Origin: Convolutriloba macropyga
Lineage: Eukaryota
Length of the DNA stretch: 64,000 nt
Assembly (NCBI RefSeq): GCF_964194025.1
Contig: NC_134472.1
Location: 23,808,001-23,872,000 of the forward strand
Direction: 5' to 3'
The notes under the pieces are model-generated. The model had not been told where the DNA came from, searched no databases, and saw nothing but the letters and a program-made list of their open reading frames with translations. Shown one piece after another: positions 1 to 11,639 of this stretch (its first letter is position 1; each line of letters begins with the position of its first letter). Made by a program: the position numbers and the translations under genes.

Positions 1-340
1 ATTTGGCCTTGATGATTGCTAGATCTATTCATGAAAAATAAACTGAAAATATCCAAAGCTGTTTATTTATACAACTTTTCTCAAATTAAATTATTTTCTG
101 ATAACACTTTCGAAGTTTACGTATTTGTTTTTATGGAACTGTTTCCTTTCCCCTCGGTTAGATTATGATTCTCTATAGCTTATATTTTCAAATATTGTGG
201 CGGCATGTATAAATTGTAATGGATAGGCCCACCTCTTAACAATCCCAGCTCCAAAATTATCAATGCAAAAACAAGCATTATTTGATCATATAAATGATAA
301 TTTAGTCGCGATGGCATGTGCTCTCCAACCCCATACATAG

Positions 341-637
341 ACTTTGAGAGATCGGCAGCACTGGCTTCTAAGCCCAATGGAAGCAACAGGACTGGTCCCA
401 TCGGAGGAGCATCATTACGTAACAACAACCCCCATCAGCCATTATTACATAATCACATGGGCCATCCCAATTCCGCTGCAGGGGGAGGAGGAGAGTTTAT
501 CCCTATGGGGCAACCTAACATGGGAGGTGGTGGTGTTGGGGGCGGTGGTGATCCGCACGGTAATAGCAGTGTGGACCACCCTGATCATTATCATCAGCAA
601 CATTCGCTGCCTTACACGCCACAGCAACCATCACAAG
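341..637 (+). CDS. Internal exon of an unidentified G/H/Q/P-rich protein (gene starts upstream of the window)
   Basis: Acceptor catag|ACTTT at 340/341; open frame DFERSAALASKPNG...QQPSQG; donor CAAG|gtgcat (phase 1); GC-rich island in AT-rich DNA. Confidence 0.7.
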
Positions 638-796
638 GTGCATACTTTTATAGACTCATTTCAATCGTTTCCGAGATCTATTCTGTTCCTCCCCCATCGT
701 TGTGGTCGTATAAATTTAAGCTTTAGTCCCCTTCCCTGAACACGTACTATTTTCACACATATAGTAGTAGTTTTACACATTTTTAATTATTATTAT

Positions 797-3700
797 TAAT
801 AGCCGCCCTCATCTTCTCAGCCGGCTATTATAGCGCTCCTATTTTTTTTACAATTCAAAGAATTTGAATTGTATTGGGGCGCTGTCTTTTTTTTAAGATC
901 TGTTCACACATTTTCATGATTTTTGAAGTCAAATTGGAGTGGTGATTTTGGTCACGCCGAAACAGGAAATGGAGCGAAAAAGCAAGTAGTTTTGCGGCGT
1001 GAATTTTTTTCGCTCTAATTTTAAAGTAGAGTGCGAAAACGGTGTTTGAACAAAAATTCGGTTTCTCGGTAGTGGTTTTTTGTTCACATGCGGCAATTTC
1101 ACTCTGATTTTTACTGTTTTTTCGATTTTTTGGATCGGATTTTTTTGTAAATGGTTTTCCCAATCCATTTATTGTCTGTTCTCGGTCTAGTTTTCTGTTT
1201 TGTCAATGAAAATTCTTTGAATTGTACGTGAGGACTTGTCCTGCTATGTTTTTTTTACTTCGTCGAATAAAAAAATGTTTCGCTTTACCTCATTTTGCCG
1301 CCTTTTCAACATTTTGCGTGAAATCTTTTTGACTTCTCTAGGCTAGTTTCACTCTTCTGTCATTCTGCTAAAAGTGATTTTGAACATCAGTTGCTCAGCA
1401 AAGCAATTCAAAATGAACAGAGTTGGTACAAAAATGGATGTCAGAAATAGAAACGGGATAAACCCATAAAGCCCAATTTTAGATGCCCGCTATTTTAACG
1501 TCGTTCCTATAAGTCTTATTTACCATCTCTAATGCTTATTGTTATTGATAGAAGCCCCTGTAGCCTCTCTTTAAGAAACAGAAGTATGTTCAACTACGAA
1601 ATGCCATCAAAACAAATCGGACTTAAAAAATGTTTTTGTACAAAAATCTTTTTTTTTTCATTATCTTCTGTTATTTCAATCCCAATCATGCTTATTGGAA
1701 TCAACGGCGGCTATTTTCCGGCAATCTGCCGGGTATGTTTATGCAATTTACATAGGCTACCCGTACAAAATACTACCCTTAGGATGCTATGTTTTAGTAC
1801 TGATGGGGCTATTGCTATTGAACGGTTATTTGAATCAGTAACGATGTACTATGTCATTATGGAGCGAGATTTAACTTCCCAATACTATTAAATTGTATTA
1901 TTGTTATTTCTATTTTGCATTTTACATAGGCTACCCATATATGGGCAACGGGCCACAATCTCTGCCTCTTCATCAGAGAGTAACTCAACAGCCACCACCA
2001 CCCAATCACATTCATTCCAAACTGCCCACCACCGGGGGAGGGGGAGTACCTAGTGGACAACAGCCACAGCAGAGAACCTCTCTCATCTCTGGACCCTCGT
2101 CCCCTCAAAACACTTCCAGGCTAGTTCTCTCGAACATCCGCACCGCTTTGACGATACACTCTGAGGAAAATTTTAATAATTGCCGCCATCCGCCTCAACG
2201 GCTATTATTTAGGCGCTCTCCTTTTTAATTGCTCTCGAACGAAGTTTGAAGCAACTATTGTAAACGTGTGCGTCTTCTTTTTACAAAATTTTTGCGTGAC
2301 CGTTTTCTTCTAGAACATTCTTTCGAGTTCACTTCTTGAGTGACTTTTTCACTCTTGACTTTTTAATTCTTTGAGTTAGTAATAGCGGCCCTCATCTTCT
2401 CAGCCGGCTATTATAGCGCTCCTAATTTTAACTACTCGAAGAGGAGTATTAGTGGAGCGTCTTTTTTGATCAATAATTTTGTTGGAGTGTATTTAAAACA
2501 GGACGTGAAATGCTTGAAAAAATGTGTTTAGATCAAATTGTTGAAGGCGAGTGGTTTCCTGTTTATGATATATTTTTGAGAAAGAGCGAAAAAAATGAGT
2601 GTAAAAAAATTTTAGCTGAGCGAGCGAATTATTTTGATTACCTGCGGCATCTTCAAAGAATTTTTTCTGTTTAAAATCCATTTTTTTCGAGTAAAGGTGG
2701 TTGCCCTAGTTTGCTAAACTAGTAACAGTGCGGTTGCAAAAAGTTTTTGGTCATATGAAGCAAATAATACATTTTTAGACTCAGTTTTCAGCTATTTTTA
2801 CCCTTTGGCCTTGTCGGAGGCGTTTTTAACAGTTTTTGTATTCTTCTTCAAATCTATAGAGCAAGTGGGAATTGTGGTTTCAGTTAAGTTGCTCTTGCTG
2901 TTTTGGCTGCCTTTTTGATGTTATCTATATTATTTTTGAGTTAATTTTACCTGAAGATAATAGAGTAATTTATGCGAATTTTGGCCGATTTCTGTCTGTT
3001 TTCTTAAAGTTTTTTGTCTTTTTCTTCTTATTTTGTGATTCTCAATGTAGTTTTTAATTGCTCTTGAACGAAGTTCATAGCAATTATTGTAAACGTGTGT
3101 GTCTTTTTTTATGCAAAATTTTCGCTTGACGATTTTGACTGTTCGAGTGACTTCTACGCCCCTGACTTTTTGTATTTCGCGTGATCTAAAATTCTCTCTC
3201 AATCACAATATCAAGCAGCTGATTTCAATCGGCGGCAATTTAATACTAAAAGTCAAATGAAAAGTGCGCGTTTTAAACGTGGTGTCCGGGAAGAGGCATC
3301 TAATCCTTTTCTGGATTATTTTGCTTGAGAATTTTTGACAGAATATGTTTTTACCTTGTCCTTCATTTCTTTCTGTCTTCCTCAATTTTCTCTGAATAAA
3401 CTATACTTGTTGGTTCGTCCCTCAATTGGTGGTTGTTTGATGAATTAAGACTAACCGTGTTAGAAGTTTTTTTACCAGAACTGTTTTGGTGTCCAACCAG
3501 AAATTTTCGTCATTTTTGTTTCAGTCAGATACTTTTTTATTGTTATTTTTCCCTGTTGTTTTTCAAAATGATTAGTGTAATTAGGTAGAAAGTTCATTAG
3601 GTCAATTATGGTGGTCAACTCTTTAATGCCAGTCGTTTTCTGAATTCTTCCGGGTACTTTTTTTACTTCGTCGAACAAAAAATTGATTCGCTTTACATGG

Positions 3701-4460
3701 TTCGGCCGCTTTTTCGACATTTTGCCTGGAAATCTAATTTCATTATTCGCTTGGTCTATTTCAAATGCTTTTAAACAGTAGTTGCCCTGCAATGCATTTC
3801 AAACTGAACAGAGTCAAAATTTAAAAATGAAATCAGAAATACAAAAGGTATTGATACTATCCCCAGTATCCTCTCACTATGAAACAGGGCTATGTTTAAC
3901 TGCAAAATGATACCAAAACAGTTCGCAATTTAAAAATGTTTCTGTACAAAAATCAATTTTTTTCATTATTTTCTGTTCTTTCAATCCCAATCGTGATTAT
4001 GGGAATTTTCCGGCAATTTGTCGGGTATGTTTTGAATTGCGCGTTTTCGGAAATTAAACCCGTTGTCAGAAATTAAATCTGTTGTCCCGAATCGCATTTG
4101 AGAGGTCGCGGGATCGAACTCCCTAGCATTCAGAAGGTTTTACACCATAGACATTTCAAGCATTTGCCGCTTCTAAATTGTTTGCCTCGTCAGTCGATCG
4201 AGCGTGATTCGTCCGGCTTTAGCTGATTTATATTTAACACTTCATAGAATTTTACAATTCAGCGAACTTGAATTGCAATGGGGCGCTGTTTTTTGAGATC
4301 TCTTCACAGGCTCTCAAGATTTTTGAATTCAAATTTGAGAAGTGATTTTGGTCTAGCCGAAAAAGAAAGTAGAGCGGAAAATCAAAATTTTGGGTTGCAA
4401 AGGATTTTCACTATACTCGTAGAGCAAAGTGAGAAAGAAACGGGATAAACCGATAAAGCC
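797..4460. repeat. Degenerate repeat family filling introns of the first gene, with a hairpin-bearing core
   Basis: TAATAGCCG-16nt-CGGCTATTA hairpin at 797-830, similar copies at about 2175 and 2380; diverged duplicated blocks approx. 855-1000 vs 4250-4390, 1200-1470 vs 3640-3850, 1580-1740 vs 3890-4030, 2220-2370 vs 3050-3180. Confidence 0.6.
1930..2119 (+). CDS. Next exon of the same gene (GYPYMGNGPQ...PQNTSR)
   Basis: Acceptor ttacatag|GC completes the phase-1 Gly codon; ends at CCAG|gctagt (GC donor, phase 2), which matches the next exon. Confidence 0.7.
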
Positions 4461-5322
4461 AAGGGCATTCAGTTCTTTGGAAACCTTTCGGCATACTAGA
4501 CTCCAAGTATGCGATTCACCGGAACTGTTTTGGAGTCACAAATTCATTGTTTGAAGAGTGCTTCTAGAGTTGATTAGTTAAGATGAATTAAATGTATAAA
4601 TCACCATCTAGATATCCTATGTAAATATAAGAACTTAACTTTAGTTCCGCGAAGAGCATAGGACATTGGAACTAGGGACCTTGTGCTCGAGACTTTAATC
4701 CAATTTGGAGAATCAGCGGGGCCCCCCTGAAACCGAGCAATTCAGGAGTTGACAACTCTCATTTTGAAATGTTTTTTTTTACAAAGAGGTTTCCTTATTG
4801 ACGATTGAAACACCTTCGGCCATGTTTTAAAACTCCAGATTGTCCTCTATACAGTGCCAGATTTTGTACGTGTTTCAAGCGATGTACGCAAAGATTCTGC
4901 TAAATTTGCTTCAAAATTGATCACGTCTTACATCACGGACTGCAGCGTGGTTCTAAATGAATTCAAGGTTTCATTCTGCCCCCAGTGTTTTTATGCCCCC
5001 AATTAAAAATTTTGCGTTTTTATATAGCACGTTACTATGTAAAGCACGTAATGTTATATCCCACTAAACTGGGGGAGGGCATAGATAGATCCAAATATTA
5101 CCATTGGTTTCATCTGAATTGCGGAGCCAATTCAAAGAGTTTTTTATCAGGAGTTTGAACGAGGTGGTTTCCTCTATTACAAATTTATCAGTCGCATTTT
5201 TACGGCACACTAGAAATGAAGGTGTAAAATTTTTGCATAATAATTTACTTTGGAGTGGCACAAGCTTACTACTGGAGGTGCATAATATTTTATTCTGGGG
5301 GCCCTTGAATTGGTTCTACTTC

Positions 5323-5440
5323 TTTTCACCCCGATTCATTTAACCCCGCATATTTTAACCCCGTATCTTTTAACCCCTCTATCATTTAACCCCTTTATCA
5401 TTTCACCCCTCTATAATTTCACCCCTCTATCATTTCATCC
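5323..5440. repeat. About 16-bp minisatellite (TTT[A/C]ACCCCTCTATCA-like), 7-8 copies
   Basis: Tandem units directly visible. Confidence 0.85.
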
Positions 5441-6575
5441 GACAATTAGGAGTCGACATTAAAGGCATACTTCGTCATAATTAAGTAGATAACTTATTCC
5501 CATGTTCGGTTGTGATAGTTTCATATCAAGTCCCACGGGCTGTGAAAAAAGCGGGACATAGCCGTAAATAGGAGTGAAAAAAGCGGGACCTTGAATTAGT
5601 GTGAAATATCTCATTATGAGTCGGCGCCCCTAATAACAGGAGGATAACGTTTAGTCAAATCAAATACTTTGGTTCCACAAAACGTATGTTAATAACGTAA
5701 ATAAATGTAATGCAAAAACGTAAAAAGGTTTTGCAGCGTGGAATATGGCGACAAAGGAATGGTTGTCACTCAAGCATTTTTTGTCACCCTTTTGGGGCGG
5801 AAAACTTTGTGAATTAGATTCAAAAGCATAAAAACATGCTATTCTACAATTAAGAGTATTTAATCCTACTCTCTATTTCTCTTATCCACAGTTAATTAAA
5901 CCAATTCTCATGTGAGCATGTAAATTATACCTATTTTGTCTGAACATTCAAAATTATAATTTGTTTAGAGCAGACAATAATCGACAGTGGGCGTAAACTA
6001 TTGTCATTCTATGTTATATTATAGTCAATGATTTGAACCTAATATTTCGATATAGCACAATTTCAACATGGTGTAAAACAATTTCGAAATCATAGATATA
6101 TGAAACGAGGTTTAAACTAAACCATGAAGTGATTGAGGAACTTGTGAAAAGATTAATTTCTGCGAATGGATTAATTTCTGAAAAATCCCGTAACTATGAA
6201 AATGTTTTCGAAAAACTAAGGAAACAATCTCAGGATGATAAATCTTTGAAAGTGATGCTGAACGAAACCATGAAATTAACCATCATTAGTTTAAAGTTAT
6301 CAACTTTCTAAAATTGTCAGAAGCATGTCTTCTGAATTACAACTTTTTAAATGCGCAGTTTGTTTTGAATTTATTAATATCGATATTGAATTAACTACAT
6401 TTACCAAATTTCAGAAGGCTTTAAATTGCATGTGTTAAGTCGGAGTATGTCTTTATCAATGCACTATAATTTGTACTGTCATAATCCGCTCTTATTTCTC
6501 GCAAATTTCAAGAAAAAGAAGAGTATTTCCAAAATTCTATCAGATTACGTGATTAGGAAAATTTGATTTTTCCAG

Positions 6576-6981
6576 GGTATCGTCGCCGAATTCTCAGCTG
6601 GTGGACAACAGAACCCCGATGGTAGGGTCCTACACAGAACTGGGAGGCATGAGTCGGGACTCTCCTGTCAATCAAATGAACAAACAACTCTTGAGTCATC
6701 CCTCTGCCGACGACCCCACCAGCAGCGTCGCCTCAAACAGTCCCAACCACCCCGCGTCACTCCTACCGCCCAACCATCAGAAATCTTTGCCCCGAAACAA
6801 CTTAGGAGGTCAGCCGACGTCAATTTTGAAGAAAAGGAACCCTAGTAACGCCTCGACTGTTGGGAATCCTTCGAAGTCCTCGGAGGCCAGACGTCAGTTT
6901 GAAGAGATCCAGAAAGAGTTCGGCGAGAAGTATGACCAGGCGTTACGGACTTCACACGGGAATCTTATGGGTCCGGGGTGA
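6576..6981 (+). CDS. Probable last exon of the same gene (VSSPNSQLVDNRTP...EARRQFEEIQKEFGEKYDQALRTSHGNLMGPG*)
   Basis: Acceptor tttttccag|G; AG+G gives Arg and keeps the frame of ORF 6601-6981. The TGA overlaps a possible donor (GG|gtgaga), so a further exon cannot be excluded. Confidence 0.7.
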
Positions 6982-9900
6982 GATAGGAAAAGTTTAACAA
7001 TGTCATTCGTCGCCACTAATAACTTATATGTGCAATAGTGAATTTGTTTTATCTTCTACTTATGAATATTTCAGTTGGAGCAATATTTAATTTCATTTTA
7101 ATACTTTTTTGCATTGTAGATGTCAGGACCAGTACAAATTTTATTCATAATTGTTTTTTGTTCAATGCCGACTTAAGTTGGAGGAAAAGTTTCAGGTTTG
7201 CCTGAATTGTGATTTGATACCTTTTATATATCAGTAGGGGATTTTTCGATAAAGCCGTAGATAAAAGAAGATGTATGCCCTGACAGATATATAACAGGTA
7301 CGGCTCATGCTTTATGATAGATTGACCTGGCGGAAATTGTGGCCTGAAATGACCTGCCTCTAGAGGGAACAAATGAGTTTGCGCCAAATTTGAAAGAAAA
7401 AAAATAATTGAAACAAACACACACACACACCCATTTACAATATAATAATAATGAAATTCACTAAACTTGGTTTCGCCACGCTAAGTAAATCACTAACGGG
7501 GCTTGAATTTGATTTCTATCAAACTCTGTCCATCCATAAGGGTATGAATTAAACTTATAATTCTTCTTAGCTAAATCAAAAAGACGTTCTCTGACTTCTT
7601 TTTTTTAAATTGATAGGACTTGAATATGGATTTGAATAGTGAAAATTGCGCGCTAGTGACATCGAATTGTAACTTGGAGGAAAAAAATACATCGGCAACG
7701 CTGGTGGTTACATTCGATTGAGTGTAAAAATATTTTCTCGTTCGATCGTGTTTTTGTATGTCCATTTCTCTTTTGCCAAAATTGCTCTCCCCGAAGTGCG
7801 AAATGACTTGTCAAAACTTTGTTTAAAACTACGTGATTGATAAGACAATTTGATGAGATTGGAAATGAATTTATTGATCGAAGACAATGATTGTATTCTT
7901 TATCACTAAAATGACTGCTTGACTGTATCAATTTCCAACTTTTTGTCTGAAGCTTTTCCATTTGTCTGAGAATAGTTTTACTGGCATACCAAAAATTTGA
8001 TCTATAAAACATATATATTTTTTCACAAGATTGCATTTTACTGAATTATTGTTTCACTTCGAATTGAGCTCTTTAGAAGTGGCAGCTTCTCATTACCTTT
8101 TGTAGAACAATACTCAAGTGATAATCCCACGATAAATTTGATGAGAAATATGCCCAGGTCTTTGAAGTGTCTTTCCTGTGAAATGGTTTCATTGGTGGGA
8201 AGAAGCACAATTTGCCTGTTTTGATTTTATCGTAAGGAAAATTGCACAAGTCTAAGCCTATCTAAATTGAAGTTTAACCGATTCTCCTTGCTCCAAACAA
8301 CAGTATTTTTTAATGTTTTTGCAGCTGTATGTTAGCGTGCAGAGTGCTGCTGACTTTTGTGTCATCTGCGTATAAAAAGCACTCATCAACAATTATTTCG
8401 GAAAGGTCATGTATTTATACGGAAAAAAAGAAGTACCGCGAAGACTGACACCTGAGGCTCACCGCTGTTGATTGGTCAAATGTCAGATTTTCTCTCAAAA
8501 TTTTACAATTTGCTGATGTCAGTCAAATCTGTCGCAAAAAACCTCAAGAAAGCACTATCAAATCACATTTGCTATAATTTTAAAAAGTATGACATTATAA
8601 TTAATGGTATCAAAGGTTTTTGCAAAGCAATGTTGACACCCAAATTCGTTCGCATTTTGATTGCCTCAAGTAACTAATAGGACCTGTTTCTATTGAGAAG
8701 TATATCTCAATTCACACAGCTCAAAATATTAAAAAGCTCGCAAACGATGTTTGTAACAATTATATTAGTCCTCTGGTTTTTTTATGCGCTTTTTTGCTGG
8801 AACGATTTTTCATCTGACGCGTTTGACTTTTGTCCTCAAAAATGGGATAAACTTCTAAAGGCTGGATGGCATCAAGTGTATGACCAGCTCTCTTCCGAAA
8901 TTTTTATGAGGATTTGTGGAAACAAATTCAATCTTAATTTGACCCCCTCAGTCACCCCGCTCCCTCACCACACACACACACTTCCCCCATCCAACCTCTC
9001 CATTCCACCCTGTTTCGTCCAGCCCGGTGTACAGTTTTTTTTACAAGATTTGATCTTCATTTTGTTTAATTATTGATGCTTCCTCTGTTTTTCAAACTAC
9101 AAAACTATCTACTGACAATTTTCTACGGAGCACTTAATGGAAGCAAATGCAGAAAATTTTATTGACACGGGTTTCTTCTCTGTAGCGCTGTATGAATAGC
9201 ATTAATAGTAAGGTAGTGTTAAAGCCACTATCTGGTTACTCAATGATGATATTACAAGTTAAAAGAGTGGCATTGCTATTTGGTTTAAGATTGTTTGATG
9301 CAGAAATTTTTGTCAGGTAAACATACTGAATTATTTTTATGTGACCCTAGGAAAATTACTGGTAATTCATTGGGAAAAAATGGCATTCATCGAAAATCAT
9401 GTAGAAATTAAAGAGCTCAGTCGAAATTTTGAAGTGACACGTTTTGAAATTGGCACTATTAACAGGAAATAGTGTCGTTGAAAACTGAGATTTTAAAATT
9501 TGCACCTGGGTTTTTCAAGCAGAATTATGACATCGTTTCGGTATGTTTCGTACGTATTTTAACCAAATTGGTTGTTCACTCATAGAACTAAAAATTAGAG
9601 AATTGTTTGATGCAGTGAGACGTAATACAAAAAAATATGTCAATTAAAGCGAAACTTGTTTTTCATCAAAATTTTTCCCTTATGTCTTTAGAACCAGATT
9701 CAGTTCAATTGTGACTACATCCCAGCCATGGAATAGCAGATAAAAATGAACTTCTTTAACGCATTCAATATTAAACTATACAATGTTCCAATAGCTCCTT
9801 CAAACAATAATGGATATAATGGTGATTTGTAATCCAACCAAAAAATTTAAGTGTTTTTTTTTGAAAGTGTGAAAAATCGCTAAATGCCATTAAAGATAAA

Positions 9901-10635
9901 AATTTACTTTCTTTTGCAGAAAAAACTGAAATTACTAAAGAGCTGTTTAGAACATTATTTTTTCGATTATAACCAGCTGAAACACGCAAAAACAAAAAAG
10001 AATATCTTGTTTCACTTTTTACTCTAGCTAAGGTGTTGATATTGCACGAAAAGTTGTGGCCTTGAAACTCAATTTATCACTTTTTAAGATCTACTGAATT
10101 TTAAAAAATCAAAGTGTAGAGTGAGTAGCGGAACAAACTGGGGAATAATTACCAGCTGATAATTCAAATTTTTTAAATACGCATTGGCTTTTCAAAGTTG
10201 CATCAGTACATTTTTTAACTAAATGTTTTGCAAATTCTTCAAAACCTGAGGATAGTTGTAGCATGCTTCAAGATAACAGTGAATAAAGCAGTCAGTTTAT
10301 TATTTTTTTCCGAAGCATTTGATAATTGTTTAGCGTTTCGCTCTGATTATCAATAGAAGCAGATTTCAACGGAATATTTGAAAATTTTGAATGAAATTGA
10401 TAACTTAAATGATCGTCTTCAAGCCTCAAAAAACGATCACAATAAAACTGTTGAATTCTTTCTGCCTTTTTGCTGAATGGTCATTTTTTGTGGTAAATTT
10501 AATTAAATATTCGTTGATTACAGATACGTGAAAGGTGCATTGGAAATTTATCAGTATTTGAAATCAGGTTAATCTTAAATTACCATCACCAAAAGACCAA
10601 TGAAATTTTAAACACATTTTTTTTTAAACTTTCCC

Positions 10636-11523
10636 TCAATATTGTGGTTCTCCGGCTACTTCTTTGATCCAATCAACATAGTCATAGACATCAGTGTAAA
10701 CACCTGGACTGTGCTTTTTGGCGCAACCGGATCCCCAGGAGACAACCCCGATCAACTCAAAGTCACCCTCAGAGTTCTGCAGTGCCAGGGGTCCACCAGA
10801 GTCACCCTGACAGGAGTCGATCATTCCTTCAGCATATCCAGCGCAGATCATGTGCTCATTTACAGCCACCGAGTACCAGTCTCGACGTCGGCAAGTTTCC
10901 CGGGCAATCACTGGAACGTGTGCGAAGTTGAGTTTGTTATCGTCACTGGTTCCGTATGTGTAACCCCAGCCCATGGTGATTGTATCTTCACCCCCTGTGA
11001 CCTCTACGGTAGGCATGCAAATTGGCTGGATCTTATCGTGGAACGGCACAGGTTTGGTCAGTTTTATAACAGCGATGTCGTTGGTGTACCAATGTGGGTC
11101 ATAACTGGGGTGTCTGGTGATGCTCTTGACATATCTCAGTTCCTGGTCTTTCTCGTAATTGTATCCCATCTTCTGATGGAAGTCAGCAAAGAATAGTTTG
11201 AGGTCATTCACATTCTGTCCGTGCCAGAAACAGTGGGCGGCGGAGATTACAGTGTACTTATCGTAAACTGCACCTCCACACCAATGTTGCCAGCCAATTT
11301 TGATGTTGACCATAAAAGGAAAAGACCCTCTAGTTGGACTGTAGGATCCGTTTATGATTCTGTTGCTATCGTAAAGGGGTGCTTGTCCACATTTCACTGC
11401 TCTGGGTGCTGGTCTGAATGAAAGCTCCTCCAATTCCTCAGATGAAGGATTCGGCAAGGGTTCTGGAACTCTGGCAAGAGCTGAGAAAGTCAGCAAGGCG
11501 AGCAAAGTAGTTTTTACAATCAT
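10636..11523 (-). CDS. Secreted trypsin-like serine protease (family S1A), intronless, 295 aa
   Basis: Signal peptide; activation site R|IING; catalytic triad motifs SAAHC, DIA, GDSGGP; S1 pocket Asp in DSCQGDS; VSWG and PGVYT motifs. Confidence 0.95.
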   Translation of the reverse strand: MIVKTTLLALLTFSALARVPEPLPNPSSEELEELSFRPAPRAVKCGQAPLYDSNRIINGSYSPTRGSFPFMVNIKIGWQHWCGGAVYDKYTVISAAHCFWHGQNVNDLKLFFADFHQKMGYNYEKDQELRYVKSITRHPSYDPHWYTNDIAVIKLTKPVPFHDKIQPICMPTVEVTGGEDTITMGWGYTYGTSDDNKLNFAHVPVIARETCRRRDWYSVAVNEHMICAGYAEGMIDSCQGDSGGPLALQNSEGDFELIGVVSWGSGCAKKHSPGVYTDVYDYVDWIKEVAGEPQY

Positions 11524-11632
11524 TTTTTAAAGCTGATTGTATTTTACAAGACAATTTTAAAATAGATAGTTTAAGAAGTTTTTGGGGGTTGAATTTACGC
11601 TGGAATGGTAAAAATAGCTCGAAGGTTGCGCT

Positions 11633-11639
11633 TTTTATA
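11633..11639 (-). promoter_or_regulatory. Candidate TATA box of the protease gene
   Basis: TATAAAA on the minus strand about 110 nt upstream of the ATG. Confidence 0.45.

Noticed and set aside
4085-4135. B-box-like GGGATCGAACTCCC suggesting a tRNA
   Set aside because: No cloverleaf or clear A box; at most a SINE fragment
6979-7038. Stop-codon readthrough after TGA (18 open codons, DRKSLTMSF...LYVQ)
   Set aside because: No CTAG-type readthrough context; length compatible with chance; the site could equally be a GT donor
10642-11421. Plus-strand ORFs overlapping the protease, and similar antisense ORFs over pol genes and TMEM237
   Set aside because: Shadow ORFs with no recognisable motifs
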